A stretch of DNA of 64,000 nucleotides from Euglena gracilis. Lineage: Eukaryota. Both the position numbers and the translations under genes were made by a program. Of this stretch, positions 38,483 to 53,439 are shown one piece after another. The notes under the pieces are model-generated. The model ran no database searches. It had not been told where the DNA came from and saw only the letters and a program-made list of their open reading frames with translations. Positions within the stretch are counted from its first letter, which is position 1. Every line of letters starts with the position of its first letter. The stretch covers positions 2,666,001 to 2,730,000 of the forward strand of contig CP154954.1 of NCBI GenBank assembly GCA_039621445.1, read 5' to 3'.

Positions 38483-40406
38483 ATACAACTGCTTAAATCT
38501 GGGCCAGCTGTGTTGAATTTTTAAGAAAAGGTCTTAAATGGTGGAAAATTGGGGTTGAGGGATTTTTTAATGGGTACTTTTAGTGCTCCCCCTATGCAGG
38601 GGAGATATTCCGGTATGGAATAAACTGGAATTAACCGGAATGAACTAGAATAAATTGGAATAGGAATATGTGGGATTGGCCAGAATAAAATTTTCAGCGC
38701 AACGCATGGAAATTTTAAAAAAGAAATGGAAGCCTAGGTGAATCTGCGGCTTTTTTGGACCACTAGAATTTCTTTTCATATTTTCTCTTGATTTAGGCAT
38801 AATTTTGGCAATTTCGGCCAGTTTTTGCCTTTTTTGAATTTCTTTTTCTTCTGTTGGGGGAAAAATTCGAACTTATAAAATCTGCATTAGGACCTCGTTT
38901 CTTCCTGACACCAAAGTTTTCGTCAAAATTTGACTTTTTTTTTCAGTTTTTGGTCAACAAATTCCATGTTTTTGGAATTGGTATGTTCCCAAAATCACAA
39001 AATGCGATTCAGAATTTAAATATCCACCAATGTTGCAAAATGAAAAAGAATCCCCAAGGAGTTGAAAATTCTCTAAGTCCTGTCAAGCAGAAATCTACCA
39101 GAAGAACTGGAAAGATCCCAAATTTTGTGGAATAAAACCCCTATCCGAATGAAATTTTTTTTTGGAAACTGGAATCTCCCTCCCCCTGCCTGTGGGTGGT
39201 GGGCGGGTGGGATCGACCACCCCCAACCACATCCCCACCTCCAAACCCCCATCTAAACACCCGCCCGTGGCAATGGAGTTTCGGCTGAAGGGTTTGGGAA
39301 CAGTGGGGTGTCTTCACTCTGACCCCCCCCCCCAATACCAGGTCCATTTCCGGGGACACCGATTTTTCAGTGAATTTGACCGACCCCTCCCCACCTCCCA
39401 GGTGGGGGGGTCAACCCCCACCAGTCCTTCAAGTACAGCATTGGCAGTTCCTGGTGGGGGGCTGGCTTGAAAAGAAGCCTGCCCAGCCAGGTTCGACATA
39501 AGCAGGGTGCCTGTGTTTCAAGGGATGGGGTGGCCCCACCCGCCCCGCCCCGGCTTTTTTTGACAATTCCGCATCGCCCCCCCCCCCCCCGGTCGTATGG
39601 ACCAGCACCAGGGTTTTTCACAGAAAAAGTGCTGGTGACCCAATACTCAATGCGTGATTTTGCATGCTTTCTTTTCAGAGACAAAATTCCGGTTTGACAG
39701 AAACCAGAAAATTTGTACCTATTTTGCTGCAATTGTAGCTAACCCCTCCAAATTCTGCCCCCCGCCCCAAAATATGGTGCCTCCTGGACCCCTCACTTTT
39801 GCCAGGGTTCCAAGAAATATTTGCCACCCGGGTAAAATTTTTTGCCACAAATCCCATCACTTTTGCCCTTGAGACCCGAAACTTTTGCCAACTGTAAAAA
39901 AATTTTTCCCGTTAATGTGAAAAGGAAACGTCCAACAGAATCAGCATAGATTAACAGAAATACGCCAAATAAATGTGACCATCAATCCAAATAATAACAA
40001 TTGAAATTTCACAGGATGTTGCAGACAGCTCTCCAAAAGGAAATTTGTTTGATACCCTATAAAAAAATCCTTCAACTGTGTTTGGGGAAAGAATGAGAGG
40101 TGCGGATGAATGCCTAAACAGTAAAAATCAACAGCAACGTAATGGTTGTGATTCACACGAGAGAGTTTGGGGTGCAGGTTGAGGGAAACGGTGAACACAA
40201 CGCACAGCGTGTTTGGCAATGAGGGGTGAAGGCACTTTTGGTCCATGTGCGAGGGTCATTCCACACAAAGAGGCACAGTAAAAATATTCCGAGTCTTTGT
40301 AATGAGAGGGACGGGTAACAAAAGAACCAATCCCACTGCCTTCCAGCTGTAATTATTTTTAAAAACTGCCTTTTTGACCTATTTGTATTCACAGATAGAT
40401 ATTGTT

Positions 40407-41460
40407 GGAGACAAGGCAGTACGGTTGGTCAAACCTTGGGACCCCCCCTCCCCCCCCCTCCTGTACAGTTCCAACCCCCCCTCCTGGGACCCCCCTCCCC
40501 CCACTTCCAACCCCCCCAAGACAGATGAAAAAAATTGAGTGCTTAAAATGAAAACATTGACTATCATTCAGCATTCTGTGAAATTTTGGGGGTGGTGCGG
40601 GTCACGGGGGGGGGGTCACGGGGGGGGTCACGGGGGAAGTATGCCACTTTGGATCGGGAGGCTGCATCCATGATGTGCATCCCATCCCACGAGAAGGGCG
40701 GCACGCATCCTAAAATCGGCGATTTTCAGGTCAAAAAGTGGCTATTTTTGGACATTTTTGGGGCATTTTTGAACAAAAAAAAGCTTTTTGGTCCGAAAGT
40801 GGGCATTTTTGGGTGTTTTTTATGTCCGAAATTGGTCATTTTTTTCATTTTTGAAAGGGAATTTTGTTAGGATTTTCTTGACCATCACATTTTTTGGGAT
40901 GCATTTTGGGCCATTTTTGAAAAAATGGCCCAAAAAATTCTGTTTTGGATGTGGAAATGCACCAATTTTCGGCACTATTTTTAGGGGACAAGTTTTTTGG
41001 CCATTTTTGGGTATGAAGGTGCCAAAAAGGGGTTTGGTTGTCCAAATGGAAGGTGGGGTGTTTTTGACATGTCAAGGAAAATTTTCAATGGTTTCAACCG
41101 GAAAATTTATGAAAAGCAACCAAAACCGCAACATCAAAAAGCAGACTGAAATGATGAAAAGAAACGAAATGCTAAAGTGATGAAGGTTGCTGCTTTGTAT
41201 GAAACTTGAAGGCGCGATTCTCGGGTCACGGATCAATCACAAATGCAACAGCATTGGTCATCTTCCCGCAAGATGCAATCTGAACTCTGAACTGCACAAA
41301 ATGCTTGTACAACAAAGGCAACCTCAATTGGACGAAAAATGTCGCAACTGTCTCGGGAGTAGGCAGTACAGTTGTGATTTTCTGCCCCCCCCTCCCCCCC
41401 CCCTGTACAGCTTCCAACCCCCCCCTCGGCCCCCCCCTCCCCCCCCTGTGCCTTGTCTCC
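40407..41460. mobile_element. TIR element with 3-bp TSD (PIF/Harbinger-like)
   Basis: Termini GGAGACAAGGCA...TGCCTTGTCTCC; TSD GTT. Confidence 0.8.
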
Positions 41461-44400
41461 GTTCTAATGCATCATGGATCCATGGACCGTCTGACCAAGT
41501 CAAGCAATCCAAACACAAACAGAAAAAGGCTGTGGTCTGTGAGCTCATTGGGTGAAAACAGATTTGGGCACAATTGAACAACACCACACCATTCAGAAAT
41601 GCATCAAAATTGAAATTCTTTTTTTCTTTTTCGACATGCAAAAATGGTGTTTAAAATGTCACAATGTGCAATGTGAGTGTGTAGGGGTGGAACATTCTGT
41701 GGAACATTGTGGAACATTCTGTGCAGACATTTCAACTGAAAATGGCGGGAGACTGTTTTTGGAGGTGGCAAAAATTTGGAGGGCAGAGGCAAAAATTCGA
41801 GGTTTTTTGGGCAAAATAGAATGGACAGGGGGCAGCGTTTTTTGGACGGGGGGCAAAAATTTTGAAACGAGTGTGCAAAATATTTTGGGACGGGAGGCAG
41901 AAAAAAGGAGAGACCGGGCAAAATATAGTGAGTGTTAGCTATATGTCATTTCTCAGAACATATGAATGATCTCGGATGTGTGAATCAGAAAAATAACAGG
42001 AATGCGCGGATCGCCAGCATGGTGATAATTCTCAAGAATGTCATTTTCAGAGTGCAATGCATCTTCTCTGGACTGAGAGGTAAGTAAAAGCGTGTGATTG
42101 AGGCGCATTGAGCACGTGCTCATCATCATCATTTATTGTGGTTCAAATAAGACAAACAAATACAAATAGTTAGACCCCCAAAAATACCCCAAATGGCATT
42201 TTGGCGAATTTCTGAGGGCTTTTTTTTCCAGCCCGGCGCTGTACACCGGACGAAAATTAACCACATTGGCCACGTCCTCCTCCTTGACTGGCCACCCCCC
42301 CATAAATAAAAGCAACCGCCCTCTGCAAACATCCCCCAACTATAAGCAACCCTTTCGCCGATTTTCGCCAACACCCAAATATGAGCAACCACCAGAATAC
42401 AAGCAACCCCTGACTGGACGACATGAAAGGAATTTTCATCACACCTGACACTCACAATTTTTTTGGGATTTCCTGCCAAAATTGTTGACCACGTTCCCAA
42501 TAATTCTGGCCTTTTGCCAAAATCTTTGAGGCTGGTGGGAATTTTTTTGAGATTCCGTTGCGGAGACTTTCGCACTTACTTTCAGAATTATTGGGACGTT
42601 TTGCAAAAGCTCTCTGAATCTAACAAATCAAGAGATGTGCAATCTCTGAAAAACTGGTGCAACCCCCCCCATTTAAACCGACCCGTCGGTTTAGGACTTT
42701 TGGGTTGGCGGAAATCCCGGAGGGGGTCGGTTTAGACAGGGGGTCGGTTTCAGGGGAGCACACGGCTGGCTGAAACAGGCCTTCTTTTCAAAGTTGGTGT
42801 GGTGTTGTCGGTGACTCTAAGTTTATTGGAATCACCTAAAGGGGGGAGAATTCTTGGACCCGAATTTTTTTTGGATGATTCGTCCGGTTATCCCTGAGTC
42901 GGCCCCCTCCTCTGTTGGGCCCAACTTGACCCAGGACACAGGGCTATTTTTTTTTCCAAATTCTTTTGTTGTTGTATCACCTTCCCAAGAGCAACGGGGA
43001 TAATTTTTTTTTAGAGTGGCTGGTGTGTGCAAATGCGCAAATCAGCCATTTCTTATGGTTGATTTGCAAAGTGGCGCATGTGTACCAAAATTTTAATTTT
43101 CAAATCCTGAAATCGTGGATCGTGGGTCGTGGGAACGTCCCGTAGACGACCCCGTAGGCGACGACCCCGTGGGAACGTCCCGTAGACGACCCCGTAGGCT
43201 CAACTGCCGATGCCAAGAAGTTACTTTACCCCCCATGTCCAACAACCCCTCCATGTCCAATGACCTCCCCCTACTGGTCGGAGGACGCCTTTTTGGAGGG
43301 TTGGCCAAATTTGTCCAGGCACGAAGTGCTGGGCCGAAAATTTCTTGTGTCCAAAATCGTCGAAAAATTGGCCAAAAATTTCATTTTTGCCAGTTTATTT
43401 TTGGGCAAAAACTGTCAGAATTGCCAATTTTTTTGGTGCAGAGCATGGGAAGGAAAAAAATTCTTTTTTGGTTGGTGGATACCTGCCGACTTTTTTTGAC
43501 CCTTTTCAGTTACCAGTTATAGGACACCTTTTTAGTCATAACTCCATGTCCAATGATCACCCCCCCCCCCCCCCCCCCCCCGGTCGGAGGACGGAAGGTA
43601 CCGGCAGTTGTATTTGTACTTAAGGACTTCCAAACTGCAGTGATGCCGCATCCTCTAAACGGCACGTGTGCGAAGAGTTGGAAAAATGGTCGGTTTGCAC
43701 AGATGCGCAAGCAGACCATTTGCCCATTTGCGCACGCCCACCACTTGCACAATTTCACAAGCATTTGTGGAACAGCTATTTGGAAGAGGAATTTGAAACA
43801 CTGGCACTCACCCTTACAAAGTATCTCGTGTTTGTTGTGCCTCCTAAATAGCATGCCTGACCGAAACTTGAGCAAAATTGATTCAACAAATTATCTCACA
43901 TTCACAAAATTTGTTTCGAAAGTTCGATGCGGAGGCATTTGGGTGGCACAACTTGCACTGAAGGATTCTTCATTTGTTGGTGTGTGCAAATGTACAAATC
44001 AACATTTCTTTTCAAAACACCGCAGCATACAGAGTGCACGAAACCCAGCATGGGTGTTTGGCAACTTTCCAATGGCTGCCTCATTACCATGGGATGTTAC
44101 GTTATGTTACTGGAACAATTTGGGGGTAATACTAATCCTGAAACCATGTCCCAAAATTTTGGCGTTGCCCAAAAGGAGGAATACAACGTGCTTTATTCAT
44201 TTTTTTAATTCATTCATTTCTATTCTGAAATACCTCCCCTCTCCTTGTCTAAGTGCCACCCTCGTCTAAGCACCCCTCAGTTTTGAACCATCTTTTAAAA
44301 GGTCATCTTCTCGGGGAGGCTTAACTTGTGCGCGTCCATGAGATAAATTTCTGGAAAAGTTCGAAATTTTAGAAACTTCTGAAGCCTGATTTGGTGAGAT

Positions 44401-47166
44401 ATGGTTGATTTTTTTTTTTGCATCCAAATGCCGGTAAATTCAACAGTGGGCCTCCAAAATGAGGTTTATTTTTCCTGTTCGGCGCGAAGCGCCGTATTTT
44501 TTTTTTTGCAGTCAATATTTTCCCCCATGTCTCAGCACAACCCCTGGTTAGTTTACGCACCCCCCCCCCCCGGTTCTTAAGGTTATTAGACAAGGGGGGG
44601 GTACAAGGCCAGTTGGACACCACGTCTTTCCTTGATTGCATGCACCACGACAAACACTATGCCATCATTCTCCAACTCGAGACACTGGCATGCACTTTCC
44701 CCTGGGTTCAACCGTCAATCACTGGCATTTTCAATGTGTTCTTATTTGTCTCAAAAGGCAAAGCACTTCCCGGTTTGAGCACTGCATTGCGTGTATGTTA
44801 TGGAAGTCGCCTTGTACGACGCTTTTTGCTTTGTTTCGCTGCACACCGCTTTCACCTGTGACCTGATGTGAGTGGAGGTAGGATTTGCTACAATGCACAT
44901 ACATTTCATGGCTGAAATGGAAGACCCAAAGACACTGATCACGTGGCAAATTAGGCTCCTGACTTCAAAATTTTGATGATATTTGTGGCAATATCGGCTT
45001 TTTTGCAAAATGATTGTTCAGGCGAAAGCCATTCAGGGTAGAAAATGAAAGGTGCACAAATTGGAGGAAGTTTTTCCGTCGTCCGAAAAACCCTGATGAT
45101 TTGCAGTTTTTGCAAAACAAGATTTGGGATACTTTGCATTTGTTGCATATCTTGGCAGCAACTTTTTCAACTAATTCTGCCGGATTCCGCACCAGAGTGC
45201 TCCCCCCCCCCCCCCCCCCCCGGGAAACTGTTATCCCCGAGACCCTGTCAGCGTCCACCCTGAAAACTGTCTTGCTGGCAGCCAATATGTGGCTACAGGA
45301 AGTTGGTACGGTCCCCGGCACTGACTGACCTGCAAGTTGAAAGTTTCTGAATGGGGGCATACTCTTACCAGGAAGATGTTTACAGAATCTTTTGTTTCAA
45401 CAGTTTGCATTAGGCAGAGCAGTGTGCCATTTTGCAATCCTTGATGGGAATCCTTGATGGGAACAACATCACATTCATTGAAAAAAAAGAAAAGTTTATG
45501 ATACAAAAAATTTCTCGTCCAAAAATACGTAAGAACGTAAACAACGGAAGCAGGTTTGCATTTCATTGGTTGTTGAAGGGGGCTGGGTCGACAATGAACA
45601 ATGTGCATAGTGAGAATTTTCAGGCATTCAGGGAACTTCTCAAGCAGAGGACATTACCCCCCGGGGTTCTAATGCCCCCTCCCCCCGGGGGAACCAATTT
45701 TCCCCCTTGTTCAAAGCTTCGTGTTATTTAAGTTATCACATATGGTTTTTGCAGTTTTCGAAACAAATTGCACAAAAACGAGTTTGGGGGTTCCCAGAGA
45801 CCCCTGGGGGCGAGTCTGGCCAGCTGCATGTTGGAAAAAGTTTCTGGCTGGCTGTACTCAAGTGCTGAGTAAGGAAGAAGGAGGCCTCCTCCTCCCCTCC
45901 TCCAGACCCCTCCTCCCCTGTGCAAAAAAAAATCAGTGAAATGCTGGAGAAAATGTCAGGTCAAAAGGCAGGACCTTCGGTATTGAAGTAGGTGGCGGGG
46001 GGGGGGTTCCCCCATGTCGTTCGTCATGGTGATGGGGGAGAATCCTGAATGCCCCCTGGATGCTGGGAGGGGTGCTCTTCTTGGCAGGTTCCAAAAAGGA
46101 GAAAAAACCTTCCTGCACTGCGCACCGGGAATTGGAAAAAAATGTTTTCATTTCACTCTTGAACAAAATGCGTTTTCCTTTTTTTTGATATTTGGGTATG
46201 TTCCACAAAAACAAATATTCGTCATTTGAACTTTATTTTAATCATAATTTTAATGATACAGGAGGGGAGAATCGCAAATGTGTTTTTTTTGCGGTTTTTA
46301 ACTTTGGCAAAGTTTGCATGTTTTGCGTCTTTTTTTCTGTGTGTTTTTCTTCTGTTTATTTTTTGATTTCCGGTGTAATTTTTTTGGACTTAGAAAAACT
46401 TCATTTTTTTTGCCGAAAGTTGCGCATTTTGAATCAGCATTTTCCCAAAACTTAACCAATAATATACATCAAAACTTAATCAAAATTTTGAAATTTGCTC
46501 AAAGTTTTTTTGCTCAATTTGCATTTTTTTTTGCACAATTTGCATTTTTTTGCTGATATTTGTTGTGTTAATTTTAATATATTTTTTTTTGTTAAAAATG
46601 CGAAACATTGTCTCAAATATGGCTCATGTTGCACAATTTTTAATGTTGCAGAATGAATTTTTTCCCCAAAAGGGGGTGATAATTCTTCCTCTCGACCAGA
46701 AAATGTACATCCCGGGGGGAGCTTCTGCAGGAATTTACATGCTACTTGCATTTTTGGCGTTTATTTTGTGTTTATTTTGTGTTTTTTTTTTTTTTTTTTT
46801 TCCGAGGGTCCATGTTTTGTTCTCCTTCCTGTTTTATAATGATATTATTGTTGTTATTTTTGAAGTTTCCTTGAGGAATTACCTTGGTGCATTTATTGTT
46901 TTTTTTTTTTTTTTCATTTCCAATTACATGACCAGCACCTGTGGTGGTGCTGGGAGGACGGGTCGAGTCATAGGTCTCGTTTCCAGACCTTCTTCCCCAG
47001 CCTGCTGCCTGGGAATTATCCTTTGAAAACGTAGCGGAAAAAAAGACAATGAAGGAAACTGTCTCTGAAAGTTGGTGGTAAGGGTGCTCTTTCTCTCCCC
47101 AAATGGGGTATATTTGTGCCAAACCAGGGACTTTCTCGGCGTGGCAACACCGGACTCATGCGGCGC

Positions 47167-48680
47167 TTACCGCCTCCCCCTGGGGTCCATGCGATCGTCG
47201 CCCACAATCCATTCGTCCAGGGGTCTATCCTCCTGCCGCGTCGCGCGTGACTGCTGCTGTCAGTGGCAGGCCTTCACGTCAGGTGCTGCCCCTTTCTGAC
47301 TCTCCTTCATTACCGCAAGGCGCGTTATATATTCTAGGGGTCTTCTGACAGGATTGGCTTGGTTTGAACGCAACCTGCATTTTCACCTGCACATGTTCAC
47401 GGATGCTCACAAAAGTCGTTGGTTGGTTGATGGGATGAATGGATGGATGGATGTTTCGGATGGGCGCTGAAATTTTTTGATTGTGTAGCGTTGCACTCAT
47501 GATTTTACCAACACATTATTTGTGGTACTGCACTCATTGTCATGTTGCAAAGTCCACCCCTGCACCCCTGGGTCTCCCAGAAAATTTTCACCCCACGTGT
47601 GCACTCATTGATTTGCTTGGTGACAGCTTCTAGAGGGGGGGGGGTAGGTGTGCTCTGTACTCTAAGCCCTCCCCCAAGTTTCAACGCAGACCATTTGTGT
47701 TTGGATTTTATAGCGAAACATATATGCTCCGTTTGTGAAAGGGAGCACATAGAAGACGGTCCGCGAAACAGGGATGCACGGTGGTGTTTGTGGGTGTTCT
47801 TTCTTGAAAATCATACCACATAAAACATCTATTTTAACAATCCTACCACTCGCCACCATTCGAGTAACGTTTGCGGACCCGTTTCTGCACAGATTTTCCA
47901 GGTCAAGGCTCACTTCAGTCTTTAAAACCATTTCACCCTTTTGCTTGATCATATTACTGACCGCGATGGGGCAGACCCCACCCAGGGGGTTTTCTTTGGA
48001 CCCAGAACCGGACCAAAAGTGGCCCCCAAAGTGGGTCCGGTCCCCCTGGGGGCCCCCCGAGGTCCCCCAGGGCACCCCTGAGGCGGGTGGGTGCCTCCTC
48101 CCCCCTCCCCCAGTGCTTAAGAACCTCTGACTCCAGCATGGCCAGGGGTTTCCTTGAGCCGGAGGGGACCCTACCCCCTGGGGGGGTCCAGCCAGCCAGC
48201 ACCTTTTTTTTCTAACGAGCACCTCCAAGCTGGGCGTCCCCTCCGGACCCATAACGTTTGGGCTGGACCAAGTTTTTGGAAACAGCGGCAAAAAATGGGC
48301 AAAAATGGCCTTTTTGGGTGGTTTTTGGGATTTTTTCCACCTAAATTTGGCTGAAAAATTCCAACCCTCCTGGATTTGGACTTTTTTGGGGGCATTTTGG
48401 CAGCTGTCGGGTCCAGCTGCCATTCGGGCTCGAACCTCCCTGGAACACCCACCCCCCATGGGTGGGGGTCCAGCCAGGACCTTTTTTCCAGCCGGCCTGC
48501 GGGACCCCCCCCCTCCCAGGGTCCTTAAGAACACCCCTGAGCATGGCAGCTGACACTATAGGGCACAGATGTATGGTGGATGCTCCGTCTCAAAGCCTGG
48601 ACTGGAGGAGAGTTGGCCAGCAATGCCATTGCTCTTGATCTCCCTCTCCCCGTGCACTGCATCCACAAGGGCGCCATGAC
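47167..48680 (-). CDS. Last two exons of an unknown minus-strand gene (approx. 48603-48660 and 47167-47261); upstream exons probably lie in 51.4-52.6 kb
   Basis: The exons read ...VHGEREIKSNGIAGQLSS|RQQQSRATRQEDRPLDEWIVGDDRMDPRGRR*. They join in frame across a hairpin intron at 47262-48602 (GTC-CAGGCTT...AGGCCTG-CCACT|G). Confidence 0.5.
48143..48539. mobile_element. hAT-like MITE, same family as 29218-29974
   Basis: Termini CAGGGGT...ACCCCTG; perfect 8-bp TSD AGCATGGC. Confidence 0.9.
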
Positions 48681-48739
48681 ACTTTGCTCCGACGCTATTC
48701 CCTTCGCCCGCCCTTTGTCTAATTTTTGCAGGGTTGGTT

Positions 48740-49405
<666 letters not shown>

Positions 49406-49564
49406 ACAAGTCGGCGCTGGCTTCGCTACGCGCGTGAGCTTCGCTCACCCCCCCCTCCCCCAAAAGCGTGGTGAGCCACATCCTCACATCGGGGTAGCAA
49501 TTTTCCCATCAGTCTCCTTTGAAGGCCGAATGCAAATGCCTTTCGAATTATGGATTTGCTTATG

Positions 49565-50385
49565 GCCTGCCCGGTGGCCTGACCCGGCCCGGCCCAGCCT
49601 GCGGGCCAGCGGCCTGGCCCGGCACAGCCGGCGGCCTGGCAACCTGACCCGGCCTGGCCCAGCCGGTGGCCCGGCACGGCCCGGCGGCACGGCCCGGCCC
49701 GGCCCGGCACGGCCGGCGGTCCGGCCCGGCCTGCTCGGCGGCCCGCCCCAGCCCGGTGGCCCGGCCCGGCCCGGCCCGGCACGGCCGGCGGTCCGGCGGC
49801 CTGACCCGGTCCCGCCCGGCCGGCGGCCCAGCGGCCCGGCCCGGCCCCGCCCGGCGTCACAGCCCGGCCCGGCCCGGCGTCACAGCCCGGCGGCCTGGCT
49901 CGGCGCGGCCCGGCCCGGCACGGCCGGCGGCATGGCCCGGCCCGGCCGGCGGCCCAGCGGCACAGCTGGCGGCCCGGCGGCACGGGACGGCCCAGCCCGG
50001 CCCGGCATGGCCGCGGCCCGGCCCGGCCCAGCCGGTGGCCCTGCGGCCCGGCCCAGCCCGGCCCGGCGGCACGGCCCAGCCTGGCCCGGCCGGCCGCCTG
50101 ACCCGGCCTGGCCCGGCCGGCGGCCCGGCACGGCCGGCGGGACCGGCGGCACGGCCCGGCCGGCGGCCCGATGGCCTGACCCGGCCTGGCCCTGCATGGC
50201 CGGCGGGACCGGTGGCATGGCCCGGCCCGGCCGGCGGCCTAGCGGCACGGCTGGCGGCCCGACGGCACGGCCCGGCCTGGCCCGGCCCGGCATGGCCGGC
50301 GGCCCGGCGGCACGGCCGGCGGCACGGCCCGGCCGGGCCCGGCCAGCTGCCCGGAGGCCCAGCCAGGCAGGCCGGCGGGCCGGGC
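49565..50385. repeat. Extremely GC-rich degenerate (GGCCC/CGGCA)n satellite
   Basis: Direct reading. Confidence 0.95.
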
Positions 50386-52107
50386 CAAAACTAAGGCTAA
50401 AAAATTTCATGTGGGTACCCATTTTGCGAAGCTCGGTACGGGGTCTCGTACGGGCCCCAAAACGGTCCGGAGGGGCCGGGGGTATGTGGGGTGTATACGA
50501 GCCACTTGGGGGTCCCCTGTGGTTGGTTTGGGTCCCTGGGTGGGTCCGTGCAGTTCCCCATCCGTTTTGGGTAATTTTCAAAAAATCAATTTTTTGACCC
50601 CAAAATGGCCAAAATTGCCTGTCTCCCCCCCCTGGGGCCCCCTTTTTTGGACCTTCGACGGCCCGTATCTGGGCCAAGCTGGACCCCCGGGTCTCCACCA
50701 GTGGTTGGGGGGTCCCAGGGGCTTCAATTTTGCATGGGGGGGGGTGTTTCCTTCAATTCCCCACGGGTTTCGAGATATTTTGGAAAGATCGATTTGTTGA
50801 CCCCAAAATGGCCCCCGAGACGAAAATTTTTCCGTCGGAAGGGACCCCGGGGGTACCACCAGTTCACCATACCTAGGTGTCTCGTCGAGTTCTGGGACCT
50901 ATACCATCATTTGTCCTCCTATCCTAATATAATACACTTTTGTTGTTTTCGGGACCTGACAACGCACACAGAAAAAGTTATTCAAAAAGCAAAAAAAATT
51001 CGTTGTTTTTGCTTTTCATATGTATGTACTTATGTAAGTGATGTGTGTGTGTGTGTGTGTATATCTGTACACACACACAGGCATATGCATATATTCTACA
51101 CCCCCACCACCAACTCTCTTTGGGGTTGGAGCCCGAGAGCAGTTGGTTCCCTGACGATCAGTCCAGTCAGATTTTCTGGTTGACCATTTAAAAAACATCA
51201 AGGGTTTGTTGCTGACATTTGTCGGGTTTGTCTGACAGTGGGGTTTGACTCTTTGGTCAAGGGTAAAAAGAATTAAAGATGTGCACGTGTGTGTACTTGA
51301 ATCAAAAGTTTTTTTTTCGATTTTTTTTTGTGTCATGCATGCCGAGCTGCCCGAGTGCTGCCGAGTGCTGAGACGATGGGCGTCGGCATGGCGTCCCAGA
51401 TGGTGCAGCTGTGATGTGCACTCGGCTGGTGTTTTAAAGCTCCCTCAGATGGGGGCTCGTCGGCCGCTCATGGCCCGACTCTTTCATGTATCTCCCCGGA
51501 CTTGTGCTGCAATTTTCAGTGGCGTGCTGTGAGTACCCCACTTTTTCCCCCACTTGGACGCCACTCCCTTGTCCGTGGAGTTGGAGTTGGAGTTGGTTTC
51601 CAGCGTTCCAGGACACCGCAGAAGTGACATAACACGGCCCCTGGAAACGTGTCACGAGAGGGAATTGGCAGGCTGGGAGGAAAACGCAGGGGTCACCGGT
51701 GAAGGCTCTTCGCTCCGTCAGCACCCTTCCGGATCAGCTGTTCTTTTGCGTTGGGTGGTGTTGCGTTTTTCCTCCAAAAAATCAGCGATCTCCCTCTCCC
51801 CACGGTTTTCCTGCATTCAAAAAAAAGATTATTTTTTTTTCATTCTCTGCTTTTGCGTCTTAAGTTTCCGTTTGCCCAATGTTGCGCTTCCCCCACTGCT
51901 CTGGTGCTCCATTCAATAACAAGTTCTCAGGCAACTCTGGTGCTGCGGTATTGCTCCGCTGCTGCTTTCGCCAAACTTTGACCCGTCACCCCAGAGACTG
52001 GATCGAACCGGCGTCCCAGCAACCCTACAAGTGGGAGGGGAGGTCTTTACTCCCATCATTCGTTGGGTGCCGCTTTTGACCTTGCACAGTGCTCTGAAAG
52101 ATGGGAG

Positions 52108-52297
52108 AGAGATATATACGTATATATATATATACCTGTATATGTATATCTATTTATATACATATGTGTGTGTATATATATGTGTTCACACATATACATG
52201 CATATATACATATGCGTACATATATATACATGTACATATATGTATATATACAAACACACATATATATGTATATATGTATACATATGTCTGTATATAC
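52108..52297. repeat. Degenerate (TA/CA/TG)n microsatellite
   Basis: Direct reading. Confidence 0.9.
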
Positions 52298-53439
52298 AGG
52301 TGTGGAAGATGGAAAATGGGGCGACCACCAACCAGGCCGTCCCGTAGCAGCCGACAGCCCAACCCATGGCCGGGGGTTGGGCAAAGTTGTCCGCCAGGCG
52401 GGGCTGCCGGTGTGTGCGTCCTGCCCCGCAGGCCATGCCCCCCCGGGGCCGATGAGCGGCGGCGGGCCATGCCCCGGGGCCGCCTTGCCGCCTCGCCGCA
52501 GTGGGCGTCGCTCTGCGCCGCCCGGCAGGGGCTGGGATGGCAACGGGCGGGCAGGCATCTGTTCACACGCCGCCGGCACTTTCGTGGCGGTGATGTCAGA
52601 TGTCAGATGTCAGATGTCAAATCGGAAATGGATTCCTGCAAAGGTTGCCGGGAAAGCGTTGAAGAGTTGGTATGCGAATTCGTGCTGCCGAAGGGCCAAT
52701 CCGCATCTTTTTTTTTTTTGCAAACAGCCACACACACACACACACAAACACACATCAAAATTGCCAAACGTGTATACCCATGTATGAACCTGCAGTGGCT
52801 GAAACAGTCCACATACCACAGCACCAACTACAAATGAATGAATCCATATGAATGAATGCATATTAATCCAAAATCAGAAACAGATGTGTTTTATTTTTAA
52901 AGAAGCTGTTCAAACACTTACCGATATGTTTCATTAGGATTGAATTTTTTGGCTGATTCGTCTAAAAAAATCCAACGCAGCTGGATATAGCTGTTTTTGG
53001 GTGGCAACTGGGACCAGCCCAGCAGCCAGGACCCCCCCCTGGACCCCACCTATTCTGGGGGGGGGGAGGAGTTCTAGCCAGCACCTTTTTCCAGCCAGCC
53101 CTCGGGACTCCCGCAAGGAATTCCCTGGCTGAATCTTTATTTCCAGTTTTCCCAAGAACTCGCAATCACGAGATTAGCTCGGTTATTTTATGCAAATATC
53201 AATGTTCTTGCATCATATTCTGTGTGCAATATTTCACATTATTTTTGGTTTACCCATTTGTCCATTTTTTCCATTTGTGTGTCGTCTTGAGTGCCATTAA
53301 ACTAAGTATGACACCAGCATTTATCGTTCCTGTTGACCCACCATGGTCAACACCGTCCCCATGTCACTTCAGACAAGTTTTTTTTTGCACATGGTATGCC
53401 TTTCATAAAGGAGAGAAGCTGCACCCCAGAGCTTCTCCG

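Noticed and set aside
42049-42085. TTTTCAG...AG|GTAAGT mini-exon
   Set aside because: No frame resembles Lys2 and no partner exons were found.
43553-44269. 238-aa ORF
   Set aside because: It begins inside a MITE C-run and has no recognisable domain; more likely a decayed repeat.
48613-48645. Plus-strand LASNAIALDL as the next LYS2-like exon
   Set aside because: There is no compatible splice boundary, and the minus strand gives a better exon with a matching hairpin intron.
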